Shown here one piece after another: positions 27,031 through 36,647 of a stretch of 64,000 nucleotides of DNA (position 1 is its first letter; each line of letters starts with the position of its first letter). Under the pieces are notes generated by a model. It made no database searches. It saw nothing but the letters and a program-made list of their open reading frames with translations, and was not told where the DNA came from. The DNA is from Candidatus Multivoradales bacterium (GTDB lineage: Bacteria > Acidobacteriota > Thermoanaerobaculia > Multivoradales > JAHEKO01). The stretch is taken from NCBI GenBank assembly GCA_965223155.1, contig CBDCVR010000013.1, positions 736,001 through 800,000 of the forward strand, written 5' to 3'. The translations under genes and the position numbers were made by a program.

Positions 27031-29004
27031 ATGGGTACGACCAAGCGCGTCTGGACCAAGGTTCTGGAGCTCGACGAGCTCCGGTCGGGACGGGTCAAGC
27101 CCGTGACCTGCGGGCACCGGACGCTGTGCCTCACCCATCACGAGGGCGCCTACGGCGCGCTCGACAACCGCTGCTCGCACCAGGGAGGCCCCCTGGGCGA
27201 GGGCTCGATCGAAGACGGCCTGCTGCGCTGCCCCTGGCACGGCTGGGATTTCGACCCGCTCACCGGCAAGGCGCCCGGATACGACGACGGCGTCGAGGCC
27301 TTCCCGGTCGAGGTCCGCGATGACGGCGTCTACGTCGCCCTCGAGCCCGAGGACGACGAGGCCGCGTTCCACGGCAGAACGGTCTCGGACGTTCTGGCGG
27401 AAACGCTCGTGGCGTGGGGCGTGCGCCACGTCTGGGGCATGGTCGGGCACTCGAACCTGGGCATGGCGGACGCCCTGCGCCAGCGCGAAGAAGCCGGCGA
27501 GCTCGCGGTATACGGCATCCGCCACGAGGGAGCGGCTTCGTTCGCCGCCTCGGCCTACGGCAAGCTGACCGGGCGGCCGGCGGCCTGCCTCTCGATCGCC
27601 GGTCCCGGCGCCACCAACCTCCTGACCGGCCTCTGGGACGCCCACGTCGACCGCTCTCCCGTGCTGGCCCTGACCGGGCAGGTGGACACCCAGGTACTGG
27701 GCCCGGGCGCGTTCCAGGAAGTCGATCTTTCGGCCGCCTTTGGCGGCGTCGCCCAGTGGAGCCAGACCGTCTTGCCTTCCTCGAAACCCGCCGAGCTCGG
27801 CAACCTGGCGCTCAAGAGCGCAATTCTGAATCGCGGCGTCTCCCATCTCATCCTGCCCGACGAGATCCAGACCCTGCCCACCGAGGAAACCTCCGCCGGC
27901 GAACCCGAGGGGCGCTTGCCGGCGCTGGCGATCTCCCCCCCGACCGAGGCCCTGGAGGCGGCCGTCTCCTTGCTGGAGCAATCCCGCCGGCCGGTGGTCA
28001 TTGTCGGCCACGGCGCCCGCTTCGAGATGGCCGCGGTGCTGCGCTTGGCCGAGCGCCTGCAGGCCCCCGTGCTGACGACGTTCAAGGCCAAGGGGCTGGT
28101 CTCGGACTCGCACCCGCTCGCCTGCGGCGTCCTGGGACGGAGCGGCACCCCCGTCGCCAGCTACTTCATGAACGAGTCGGACGCGCTCCTGGTCTTGGGC
28201 GCCAGTTTCTCTAACCACACCGGCATCACTCCCAAGCGGCCCACCATCCAAGTCGACTTCGACCCGATGGCACTGGCAAGGTTTCACGCGGTGGACGTGC
28301 CGGTCTGGGGCGAGATCGGGGTCACCGCCGAGAGCCTGCTCGAAGCGCTGCCGGGCGAGCCCTGGACCCGGAACCGGCTCGAAGAGATCGCCGACCGCTG
28401 GCGCATCTGGCGCGCCGAGAAGGGCAAGCGGGAGCGCGAGGGCGGGGACTCCGGCCTCGCTTCGGCCGCGATCTTCGAGGCCCTCGCGCGGCATGCGCCG
28501 CCCGACGCCATCTTGTGCGTCGACGTGGGCAACAACACGTACTCCTTCGGGCGCTACTTCGAATGCGAGCGGCAGTCGGTACTCATGTCTGGATACCTGG
28601 GCTCGATCGGCTTCGCGCTGCCGGCCGCCCTCGGCGCCTGGGCCGCGACCCGCGAGCCCGGAACGCCCTGGACCGGCCGCAAGGTCATCTCGATCTCGGG
28701 GGACGGCGGCTTCGCCCAGTACATGGCCGAGCTCACGACCGCGGTCCAGTACGACATGGACATCACCCACGTTCTGCTCAACAACGGTGAGCTCGGCAAG
28801 ATCTCGAAGGAACAGCGCTCCGGCCGCTTCGACGTCTGGAAGACCGGCCTCTGGAACCCCCACTTCGCGCTCTACGCCCGCAACTGTGGCGCCTTCGGAG
28901 TGCGGGTTCAGGACGCCGAAGAGTTGGACGAAGCGCTTCGGCGCGCGCTCGCCCATCCGGTGGCGTCCCTGGTCGAAGTGATCTCCGACCCCGGACTCGT
29001 CTAG
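27031..29004 (+). CDS. Rieske [2Fe-2S] domain fused to a TPP-dependent enzyme (pyruvate oxidase/ALS-like)
   Basis: CSHQGG...CPWHG Rieske ligands; RHEGAASF, GPGATN, FQE; TPP motif GDGGF...NN. Confidence 0.9.
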   Translation: MGTTKRVWTKVLELDELRSGRVKPVTCGHRTLCLTHHEGAYGALDNRCSHQGGPLGEGSIEDGLLRCPWHGWDFDPLTGKAPGYDDGVEAFPVEVRDDGVYVALEPEDDEAAFHGRTVSDVLAETLVAWGVRHVWGMVGHSNLGMADALRQREEAGELAVYGIRHEGAASFAASAYGKLTGRPAACLSIAGPGATNLLTGLWDAHVDRSPVLALTGQVDTQVLGPGAFQEVDLSAAFGGVAQWSQTVLPSSKPAELGNLALKSAILNRGVSHLILPDEIQTLPTEETSAGEPEGRLPALAISPPTEALEAAVSLLEQSRRPVVIVGHGARFEMAAVLRLAERLQAPVLTTFKAKGLVSDSHPLACGVLGRSGTPVASYFMNESDALLVLGASFSNHTGITPKRPTIQVDFDPMALARFHAVDVPVWGEIGVTAESLLEALPGEPWTRNRLEEIADRWRIWRAEKGKREREGGDSGLASAAIFEALARHAPPDAILCVDVGNNTYSFGRYFECERQSVLMSGYLGSIGFALPAALGAWAATREPGTPWTGRKVISISGDGGFAQYMAELTTAVQYDMDITHVLLNNGELGKISKEQRSGRFDVWKTGLWNPHFALYARNCGAFGVRVQDAEELDEALRRALAHPVASLVEVISDPGLV

Positions 29005-29034
29005 AGGCCTGCTTCTCGTCCACGCCGGCGCCGC

Positions 29035-31287
29035 TCAGGGCGCCGACGTACCGCTGCCGCCCAGCTCCACCGCGGCCGGACTGCCCGCGGCTCCGTGCCG
29101 AATCGAGAGTTGGGCACGGCGGCTTCCGGCCGCAACGGGCACGAAACGGATCCCTACCGTGCAGCTGCCGCCCGGAGCGACCGCGCTGGCGCCGTCGCAA
29201 GTGCCGGCCACCATCTCGAAATCCTCGGCGTGCTCGCCACGCACCGAGATTCCGCGCAGCGGCAGCCACTCCACTCCCGGATTCTCGATCGTCAGAGTCT
29301 CGATTCCGCTCCGGCTGCCCACCGCGACCCGGCCGAAGGTGAAGGCCTGCCTGGAAACGCGGAAGGCGGCGGTGCGCTCGCGCCCTGCCCCAGCCACCTG
29401 GATGCGCGCCGGGCTGTCCGGTCCGTTGTGCTCGACGATCAGCAGCGCACTCGTCGGGCTGAGCTCCGTCGCGACGAAGGCCAGGTCCACGGCACAGCTC
29501 GATCCCGGAGCCAGGCCCGCGTCCAAGGTACAGCCAAGACCCGCGACCCGAAACGCCGACGCGCCCTCGCCGGTGAAGCGAAGGCGCGCGACCGTGAGCC
29601 GCGCGTCGCCGCCATTGCGCAAGACGATTCGCCGCTTCGTGGCCTGGCCGACATAGGCGCGGCCGAAGTCCACCCGCGAGGTGTCCACTTCCAGGGCCGA
29701 CACGATCCCCCGTCCGCGCAACGCTACCGGCACCGGATCCAGCCCGAATCCCGGTTCCAGCGTCAGCACGGCGGCGCTCTCGCCGGCGCGCCGCGGCCGG
29801 AAGGCCACCCCGAGCCGGCAGCTCTTGCCGGGCGCCAGGGCCCGGCCGGTGCACGCGTTGTCCCGGATTCGAAACGCCTCACCTTCCGCCCGTACCACCG
29901 CCGGGCCCGGCGTCAACGTGGCGGTGCCCGTGTTTCGAAAGAGGACGGCGTGGGGGGAGCTCTCGAAGCCCGAGCGCTGCTCGGGGAAAACCAGCTCCCG
30001 CCGCTCGGCCGCCATCCTCGGGGTCACGCCGCGGCCGCCGAGCTCCACCCGGGTCGTTTCGGTGGCGCCCGCGGCCGAGAGCTCCAGCACCGCTCGCTCC
30101 CGGCCCTCCTCGATCGGCAGAAAGGTCAGAGCCAGGATGCACTCGCCGCCGGAGGGAATTTCCCGGCCGCGGCAAGCATCCTCCACGATCGCAACGGTGG
30201 CCGTGCCTTCGACCTCGGTCGTCTCAACCGCCACCGTGCCGCCGGTCCGGTTGACGAAGCGCAGCTCGCGCGGCGCGCTCCGGATCCCGACCGGCTGTTC
30301 CTCGAAGTCCAGCCGGTCGCTCTCGGGATCCAGCGGCGGCCCCTGCCACAGGCCGGTCCCGGCCAACTCGAGCGTGGACCGTCCGCCGAAAGCGTCGCTA
30401 TCGACCAGGACCAGAGCCGTGCGCTCTCCCGACACGGCAGGCAGGAACCGCACGTCGAACGTGCAGGTCTCGCCCGGCTCCAGGGTGGTGTCCGGACAGC
30501 GCCGCGACCGGCTGAACTCGTCGGCCGCCGCCCCTTCGATTCGAATCCGGCCGAGTTCGAGAAGGGCCGAGCCACTGTTGACCAGGGTGACCTCGCGCTC
30601 CGCTGCCTCGGCCTCCAGCGGGACCACGCCGAAGTCGAGGCTGGCGGGCCGGATCTCCAGAGCTGGAGCGGTCGCCGTCGCCCGCACCAGGAGCTGCGGA
30701 TCGGTCCGGTCGTTGCCCACGACTCGCAGCCCGGTCGCGTGATCTCCGGGGCTCTGCGGACGGAAGCGAAGCCGGGAGGCGCAGGAATCGCCGGCCAAGA
30801 GCTCGCGGCCCACGCATTCCGAGTCCACTTCGAAATGGGCGGCAGCGGGTTCCGGGAAATCCAGAGCCCGTATCCGCAGCCGCCGCTCACCCTCGTTGCG
30901 GAGCTCGAAGGCAAGCTCAGGCCCGGTCTCTCCCACACGGACCGATCCGGCATCCAAGACGTCCGGGACGAAGGCGGCGCGGGGCGGCGCCGGCAGGAGC
31001 ACCCACGTCAACGCCACGAGTGCCACCAGCGCCACTAGGATGAGCGGCCAGCGTCGCCGCCTCCGTACGTGCCGTGGCGGCGCGCTCGCCGATCGAACCG
31101 GAGTTTCTGCTGACCGCGACGGCCTGGCCGGACCGTCGGCTCCGGCCAGATCGTGGGCTCCGTCCTCGAGAGGATCGAACTCGAGATCGCCTCCGGCCGC
31201 ATCCCGGCCGCCATCGCGGAGAGGCAGGTCGACGAGGTCTCCGTCGTCCAGCGGGAGGCCGTCTCGCTCTTCGTCAACGTCGCGCAC
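29035..31287 (-). CDS. Membrane-anchored protein with six Ig-like (choice-of-anchor D / ASPM-SPD-2-Hydin-like) repeats
   Basis: Acidic N-tail, RRRRR then a TM segment, then six ~105-aa repeats (LDFG...NxG...C...LxPGxxC...F.P). Start placed at GTG 31287 because of the -10 box just upstream. Confidence 0.82.
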   Translation of the reverse strand: MRDVDEERDGLPLDDGDLVDLPLRDGGRDAAGGDLEFDPLEDGAHDLAGADGPARPSRSAETPVRSASAPPRHVRRRRRWPLILVALVALVALTWVLLPAPPRAAFVPDVLDAGSVRVGETGPELAFELRNEGERRLRIRALDFPEPAAAHFEVDSECVGRELLAGDSCASRLRFRPQSPGDHATGLRVVGNDRTDPQLLVRATATAPALEIRPASLDFGVVPLEAEAAEREVTLVNSGSALLELGRIRIEGAAADEFSRSRRCPDTTLEPGETCTFDVRFLPAVSGERTALVLVDSDAFGGRSTLELAGTGLWQGPPLDPESDRLDFEEQPVGIRSAPRELRFVNRTGGTVAVETTEVEGTATVAIVEDACRGREIPSGGECILALTFLPIEEGRERAVLELSAAGATETTRVELGGRGVTPRMAAERRELVFPEQRSGFESSPHAVLFRNTGTATLTPGPAVVRAEGEAFRIRDNACTGRALAPGKSCRLGVAFRPRRAGESAAVLTLEPGFGLDPVPVALRGRGIVSALEVDTSRVDFGRAYVGQATKRRIVLRNGGDARLTVARLRFTGEGASAFRVAGLGCTLDAGLAPGSSCAVDLAFVATELSPTSALLIVEHNGPDSPARIQVAGAGRERTAAFRVSRQAFTFGRVAVGSRSGIETLTIENPGVEWLPLRGISVRGEHAEDFEMVAGTCDGASAVAPGGSCTVGIRFVPVAAGSRRAQLSIRHGAAGSPAAVELGGSGTSAP

Positions 31288-31373
31288 GAAGGCGAGGCTA
31301 CTACAGGCCGCAAGCGCCACGACCCCTCGCTGGCGCAACCTGTGTGAAACAATGGGCAGCCGAGGAAAGCACG

Positions 31374-33779
31374 ATGCTTAAAGGAGAATCTCTTCCGGTG
31401 GCGAGCCAAGAACCGGCGGATCAGCCGATTCCCGACCGGCTCCCGATCTATCCGCTGGTGACGACGGTCCTCTTCCCCTCGGGCGTGGCAGCGCTCCAGA
31501 TCGCCGACGAGCAGAACCTGCTGCTGGCCGAGAGCCTCGAGGAAGAGCGGGACCTGCTGGGCCTGTTCTGTCTGGCCGGCGGGGGCCGCAAGGAGCGGCG
31601 GCCCCAGGATCTGCAGCCGGTGGGCGTCGCCGCCCGGGTCGTCCAGAAGCTGAGGCTGGGCGACCACCGCCTCCAGATCCTGTGTCACGGGATCGCCCGG
31701 GTCGAGCTGGTCGACATCGAACAGACCAAGCCCTACCTGGTGGCCGGCGTGCGCCCGGTCGAAGCGCAGGTCGCTTCCTCGCGGGAGGTGGATGGATGGG
31801 TCGAGCGGGCGCTCGAGCAGTACCAGCGCCTCACCCAGGTCGACAAGCGCTACAGCCCCGAGACCGTCGAGGTCTTGCGCCAGAACCGGGCCAGCGGAGC
31901 CAGCTTCTTCGCCGACCTTCTGGCCTCCTTCCTCAACATCGCACTGGACGAGAAACGGGTTCTGGTCAGTACGGTCAGTCCGCGGGCCCGGCTCGAGCTC
32001 CTGGTCGACATTCTGGAGCGAGAGCTCTCCCGGGAGGCGGTGGAGTCAGACATCCAGCGCAAGGTCCAGTCCAGCCTCGAGGAGAAGCGGCGCGAGCAGG
32101 TGCTGCGCGAGCAGCTCAAAGTGATCCGCGACAGCCTGGGCGAGAACAGTGGCCCCAAGACCGAAGCCGAGCAGTACGAGGCCTTGATCGAAGGCCTGCC
32201 CCTGGACGACGACTCCAAGCGAACGCTCGAGCGCGAATGTAGCCGGCTGGCGATGATGTCCGAACAGTCTGCCGAGTATCCGGTGCAGAGCAGCTACCTG
32301 GATACCGTGTTCCGCCTGCCCTGGTGGGAGCGCACCGACGACACGCTGGATCTCGAGAGGGCCGAGAAGCTCCTGGCCAAACACCACCACGGCGTCGATG
32401 AAGTCAAGGAGCGGCTGGTGGAGTTTCTGTCGGTGCTCAAACTCAAGGGCACGGTGGGCGGCTCGATTCTCTGCCTGGTGGGCCCGCCCGGCACTGGCAA
32501 GACCTCCCTTGGGCGCTCGATCGCCGAAGCCATGGGCCGCAAGTTCGAACGCATAAGCCTGGGCGGAATCTCGGATGAGAGCGAGATCCGCGGGCACCGC
32601 AAGACCTACGTCGGGGCCATGCCCGGCAAGCTCCTGGCCGCCTACGACACGGCCGGATCCCGCAACCCCGTGATCCTCTTGGACGAGATCGACAAGCTGG
32701 GCAAGGGGTTGCGCGGAGATCCCTCGGCGGCCCTGCTGGAAGTTCTGGATCCGGAACAGAACCGGACCTTTACCGACCACTACATCGGCGTACCCTTCGA
32801 TCTGTCCGAGACCCTGTTCGTGGCCACCGCCAACGTGCTCGAGGAGATTCCGGCTCCTCTCCGGGACCGGCTCGAAGTCCTGCGCATAGCCGGCTACACC
32901 GAGGCCGAGAAGGTCACCATCACCAAGAAGTTCATGCTACCCAAGCAGCTCGAGGCTCACGGCCTGGACCGCGGTGCCATCGGCATCTCGAAGGGCGCGA
33001 TCGAGCACCTGATCGGCGCCTACACCTCGGAGGCCGGCCTGCGCGATCTGGAGCGTCAGCTAGCCACCATCTGCCGCAAGGTCGCCCGCCGCCGAGCCCA
33101 GGGCCAAGGATCGGAAACGATCCGGATCCGCAAGTCGGACGTCGCTTCCTATCTGGGCCCAGTGCGCTTCGAGCAGGAGTTCGCCGGCCGCCGCCCCGAG
33201 GTCGGGCTGGCCACGGGTCTAGCTTGGACCGGTGCCGGCGGCGCCATCCTCTTCATCGAGGCCACTCGGATGGAGGGCGACGGCCGGATCCGGGTCACCG
33301 GACAGCTCGGCGACGTCATGCGCGAGTCGGTCGAGACCGCCTTCTCCTACGTGAGGGCCCACGCCGAAGAGCTGGACATTCCGGCCGACCGGGCTCGTTC
33401 GAGCGACATCCACATTCACTTCCCCGCCGGCGCTATTCCCAAGGATGGTCCGTCGGCCGGGGTCGCCGCCGCCACCTGCCTGGCATCGCTGCTTTCCGGC
33501 CGGCCGGTTCGGCACGACGTGGCGATGAGCGGTGAGATCACGCTCCGGGGCAAGATCCTCTCGGTCGGAGGGATCAAGGAAAAGGTCCTGGCCGCGCACC
33601 GAGCGAGGATTCGCAAGGTGCTGCTGCCCATCGGCAATCGCAAGGACCTCGGCACCGTTCCGGACGATGTCCTCGAAGACGTGGAAGTGGCCTTCGTGGA
33701 CCGCGTCGAGGACGCCTGGCGCGAAGCGCTCGTGCCCCTGCTGACCGCCACCGAGGCCGATCTCGAACGCCTGTCCTGA
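31374..33779 (+). CDS. lon: ATP-dependent protease La
   Basis: LON N-domain (LPIYPLVTTVLFP), GPPGTGKT, RGHRKTYVGAMPG, LLDEIDK, PKDGPSAG (catalytic Ser), GGIKEK (catalytic Lys). RBS GAGGA before ATG 31374. Confidence 0.96.
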   Translation: MLKGESLPVASQEPADQPIPDRLPIYPLVTTVLFPSGVAALQIADEQNLLLAESLEEERDLLGLFCLAGGGRKERRPQDLQPVGVAARVVQKLRLGDHRLQILCHGIARVELVDIEQTKPYLVAGVRPVEAQVASSREVDGWVERALEQYQRLTQVDKRYSPETVEVLRQNRASGASFFADLLASFLNIALDEKRVLVSTVSPRARLELLVDILERELSREAVESDIQRKVQSSLEEKRREQVLREQLKVIRDSLGENSGPKTEAEQYEALIEGLPLDDDSKRTLERECSRLAMMSEQSAEYPVQSSYLDTVFRLPWWERTDDTLDLERAEKLLAKHHHGVDEVKERLVEFLSVLKLKGTVGGSILCLVGPPGTGKTSLGRSIAEAMGRKFERISLGGISDESEIRGHRKTYVGAMPGKLLAAYDTAGSRNPVILLDEIDKLGKGLRGDPSAALLEVLDPEQNRTFTDHYIGVPFDLSETLFVATANVLEEIPAPLRDRLEVLRIAGYTEAEKVTITKKFMLPKQLEAHGLDRGAIGISKGAIEHLIGAYTSEAGLRDLERQLATICRKVARRRAQGQGSETIRIRKSDVASYLGPVRFEQEFAGRRPEVGLATGLAWTGAGGAILFIEATRMEGDGRIRVTGQLGDVMRESVETAFSYVRAHAEELDIPADRARSSDIHIHFPAGAIPKDGPSAGVAAATCLASLLSGRPVRHDVAMSGEITLRGKILSVGGIKEKVLAAHRARIRKVLLPIGNRKDLGTVPDDVLEDVEVAFVDRVEDAWREALVPLLTATEADLERLS

Positions 33780-33826
33780 GACCGCTCCGCCTCGGCCTGG
33801 ACCGGGCCCAAGGCGGCCCCGAGCCC

Positions 33827-35506
33827 CTAGCGATAGGGCTTGTGCTCGCGGGAGAAGTACTCCCGAGCCATCGCCACCGTAGGTCCAGCCAGCAGCACCA
33901 GCGCCAGCAGGTTCGGGAACGACATCAGCCCCAGAGCCACGTCGCCGAAGGTCCACACCGCCTGTAGCGGCAGGATCGCCCCCAGAAAGAAGAAGCCGAC
34001 GTAGATCCAGCGGTAGATCGGAATCCAGCGCGATCCGAAGAGGTACTCCGTGGCCCGGTCCCCGTAGTAGGACCAGGAGATCGCAGTGGAGATCGCGAAC
34101 AAGAGAACCGCCAGAGTGACGATCATGTCGCCCTGGGTCCCGGGTAGGGCCTTGCTGAAACCGTGCGCGGTCAGCGGCGCTCCGGTCAAGAGCGCCCGGC
34201 CACGGATCTGAGCTGGCGGCCCGTCCACGATCGACAGAACGCCGTCGCCAGAGACCGCCACCTTGCCGTTCCAGGGCTTGCCGGACTCATCGACCAGGAG
34301 GACGTCGTCCACCGTGGCGCCCAGGTGGGAGAACGAGACCCGGCCCGGAGCGCCGCCCACGATCTCGAGCGGCTGAGTCGAGTCGGCCGGAAGGTTGCCG
34401 AAGGCGGCCACACTCGCCGCCGCGCCGTCCAGAGGGAGGCTGGTCTCCACCTTGTCCCGCCAGGCGCCGGACATCAGGATGACCAGGCCGGTCATGGTGC
34501 AGATCACGAGCGTGTCGATGAACGGCCCCAGGGACGCCACCAGTCCCTCGCGCACGGGCTCTTTGGTCTTGGCGGTGGCGTGGGCGATGGGCGCGCTCCC
34601 CTGCCCGGCCTCGTTACTGAAGAGGCCGCGCCGTATTCCCCACATCAACGTCATCAGGAAGGACCCGGCCGCGCCGCCGGCCAGAGACGTGGGCGCGAAG
34701 GCCTCGCTGATGATGGTCGCGAAGGTGCCCGGAATCTGGCCGAAGTTGAGCGCCAGCACCAGCAGCGCACCGCCGACGTAGAGTGCGGCCATGCCCGGAG
34801 CCAGCACCGCTGTGACCTTGCCGATCCGCCGGATGCCGCCGATGATGACCATTCCCACGATCGCCGCCGCGATCAGTGCGGTCCAAATCGTGGGCACGCC
34901 GAAGCGGGCCTGAACCGCGTCGGCCAGGGTGTTCGACTGGTTCATGTTGCCGCTGCCGAACGAACAGATCACCGCGAAGGCGGCGAACGTCGTGGCCATC
35001 CACTTCCATTTCGGCCCCAGCCCTAGCTCGATGTAGTACATCGGGCCGCCCGAGACCGAACCGTCCTTGTGGACCTTCCGGTAGCGCAGCGCGAGCGTGC
35101 ACTCGACGAACTTGAGTGCCATGCCGAAGAACGCCGTCACCCACATCCAGAAGAGCGCTCCGGGGCCGCCCATGCGGATGGCGATGGCCACGCCGGCGAT
35201 GTTGCCGATACCGACGGTCGCCGACAGAGCGGTGGTCAGAGCCTGGTAGTGCTTCAGGTCTCCCTCGTCTTCGGGGTCGTCGTACTTGCCCGAAGCGATC
35301 GCCACTGCGTGGGTAAAGCCGCGGACCTGGATGAAGCCTAGACGCAAGGTCACGAAGAGCCCGGTGCCGAGCAGGACGATGGCCAGAAGCGGCGCCTGCT
35401 CGGGCCAATTCCAGACATATCCCTCGAGGAAGCTGGCAACCGGACCCAGCCACTCTGTGACCGCACCGGAGACGGACTGCGAAAGCGATTCGATGAACTC
35501 AAGCAT
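33827..35506 (-). CDS. Alanine/glycine:cation symporter (AGCS family)
   Basis: ALSATVGIGNIAGVA, GGPGALFWMW, GGPMYY, RGLFSNEAGQGS, FIDTLVICTMT. Confidence 0.95.
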   Translation of the reverse strand: MLEFIESLSQSVSGAVTEWLGPVASFLEGYVWNWPEQAPLLAIVLLGTGLFVTLRLGFIQVRGFTHAVAIASGKYDDPEDEGDLKHYQALTTALSATVGIGNIAGVAIAIRMGGPGALFWMWVTAFFGMALKFVECTLALRYRKVHKDGSVSGGPMYYIELGLGPKWKWMATTFAAFAVICSFGSGNMNQSNTLADAVQARFGVPTIWTALIAAAIVGMVIIGGIRRIGKVTAVLAPGMAALYVGGALLVLALNFGQIPGTFATIISEAFAPTSLAGGAAGSFLMTLMWGIRRGLFSNEAGQGSAPIAHATAKTKEPVREGLVASLGPFIDTLVICTMTGLVILMSGAWRDKVETSLPLDGAAASVAAFGNLPADSTQPLEIVGGAPGRVSFSHLGATVDDVLLVDESGKPWNGKVAVSGDGVLSIVDGPPAQIRGRALLTGAPLTAHGFSKALPGTQGDMIVTLAVLLFAISTAISWSYYGDRATEYLFGSRWIPIYRWIYVGFFFLGAILPLQAVWTFGDVALGLMSFPNLLALVLLAGPTVAMAREYFSREHKPYR

Positions 35507-35675
35507 GGAAATCCCCCGAGGGTCGAATGGAAGAGCCGTGTGGAGAGCGGGCGCAGTGTAGCACGCAGTTTCGACGCGCCTGGAGCCCTCGAGGGCCCGG
35601 CCGCCTGCCCGCTCACGAGCCCGATTTCGGCGCCCGCGGCCGACGCCACTTCGACCCGGCCGCGTCTGCTTGAGC

Positions 35676-36227
35676 CTAGGCGAGCAAGGCGCGGAGTGCT
35701 CCGGAATCCGATGCCGGCCGCACCAGTCCGGCCAGCCCGCGCGCCGCGACCGCCGCGGCGATCTCGGCCAGGGTCTGTCCCGTCTCGGGATGCACGCGGT
35801 CCGGTTCTACGTCCGCAAGCGGCACCGCCACGTGGGCGGCGCTCAGGATCTCCGGGTCCGGAATCACGATGGCCAGGGGCTCGCAGTCCAGGATCGCGTC
35901 GCCGTAGAGGCCGACGTCCAGATCGATCGGCCGCGGCGCGTTGCGATCGGCGCTCCGGCGCCGGCCCAGGCCAGCCTCCACCGCGCGCAGTACCCGGTAC
36001 TTGAGCACCGCCGGACTGAGCTCGCTGCGCACCGCCACCGCCGCGTTGTGAAACGGCGGCGTTCCCGCCGTGCCCGCCGGCCCTACCGCATCACTCTCGA
36101 AGACGGTCGACGCCGCGACGACCTCGACTTCATGGGCAAGCCGTCGGACCGCTTCGACCAGGTTGCGCTCGGGGTCCACGTTGGAACCCATCGACACCAG
36201 TACCGACCGCGCCCTCGGCGCCGACAT
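35676..36227 (-). CDS. folK: 2-amino-4-hydroxy-6-hydroxymethyldihydropteridine diphosphokinase
   Basis: SMGSNV, FHNAAV, E..LGRRR...NAPRPIDLD. Start is coupled to the folB stop. Confidence 0.9.
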   Translation of the reverse strand: MSAPRARSVLVSMGSNVDPERNLVEAVRRLAHEVEVVAASTVFESDAVGPAGTAGTPPFHNAAVAVRSELSPAVLKYRVLRAVEAGLGRRRSADRNAPRPIDLDVGLYGDAILDCEPLAIVIPDPEILSAAHVAVPLADVEPDRVHPETGQTLAEIAAAVAARGLAGLVRPASDSGALRALLA

Positions 36228-36634
36228 CAACCCGAGCTTCCGGATTCCTGAGGCTCGGCGGCCGGGAACTCGGAACGGCCGCGCTCGATCTCCACACCCA
36301 CCGAATCCGCGAACCGCAAGGCGCCGGGCTTCTCGACCCGGACCCGCACCCGGGAAGCGCCGAAATCCACCACCACGATCCGGGCGATCTCGGCCGCCAG
36401 CGCCTCGACCAGGTAGTAGCTGGAGGACTCCACCAGGGCGATGACGGCCTTGGTCACCGAGCGATAGTTGAGCGTGTCGGCCACGTCGTCGCTGCCACCC
36501 GAGGCGCTGAGGTCAGCCGCGATCTCCAAGTTGACCAGAATGTCCTGGCGTTTCTCGCGCTCCCAGTCGTTGAGACCCAGAATGCCCCGCAGCCGTAGGT
36601 TCCGAATCAGAATGCGGTCGCCGTTCGTCGTCAT
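36227..36634 (-). CDS. folB: Dihydroneopterin aldolase (FolB/FolX family)
   Basis: DRILIRNL, LGLNDWEREKRQ, TLNY, LVEALA, VEKPGAL. Confidence 0.88.
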   Translation of the reverse strand: MTTNGDRILIRNLRLRGILGLNDWEREKRQDILVNLEIAADLSASGGSDDVADTLNYRSVTKAVIALVESSSYYLVEALAAEIARIVVVDFGASRVRVRVEKPGALRFADSVGVEIERGRSEFPAAEPQESGSSG

Positions 36635-36647
36635 GATCCAGGTCCTT

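Noticed and set aside
31074-31373. 100-aa N-terminal extension of Lon given by the ORF track (similar over-extensions for BatA, DUF58, the J-like protein, the SDR and MobA)
   Set aside because: These extensions overlap neighbouring genes or promoters. Downstream starts have an RBS or -10 support, or coincide with where family homology begins.
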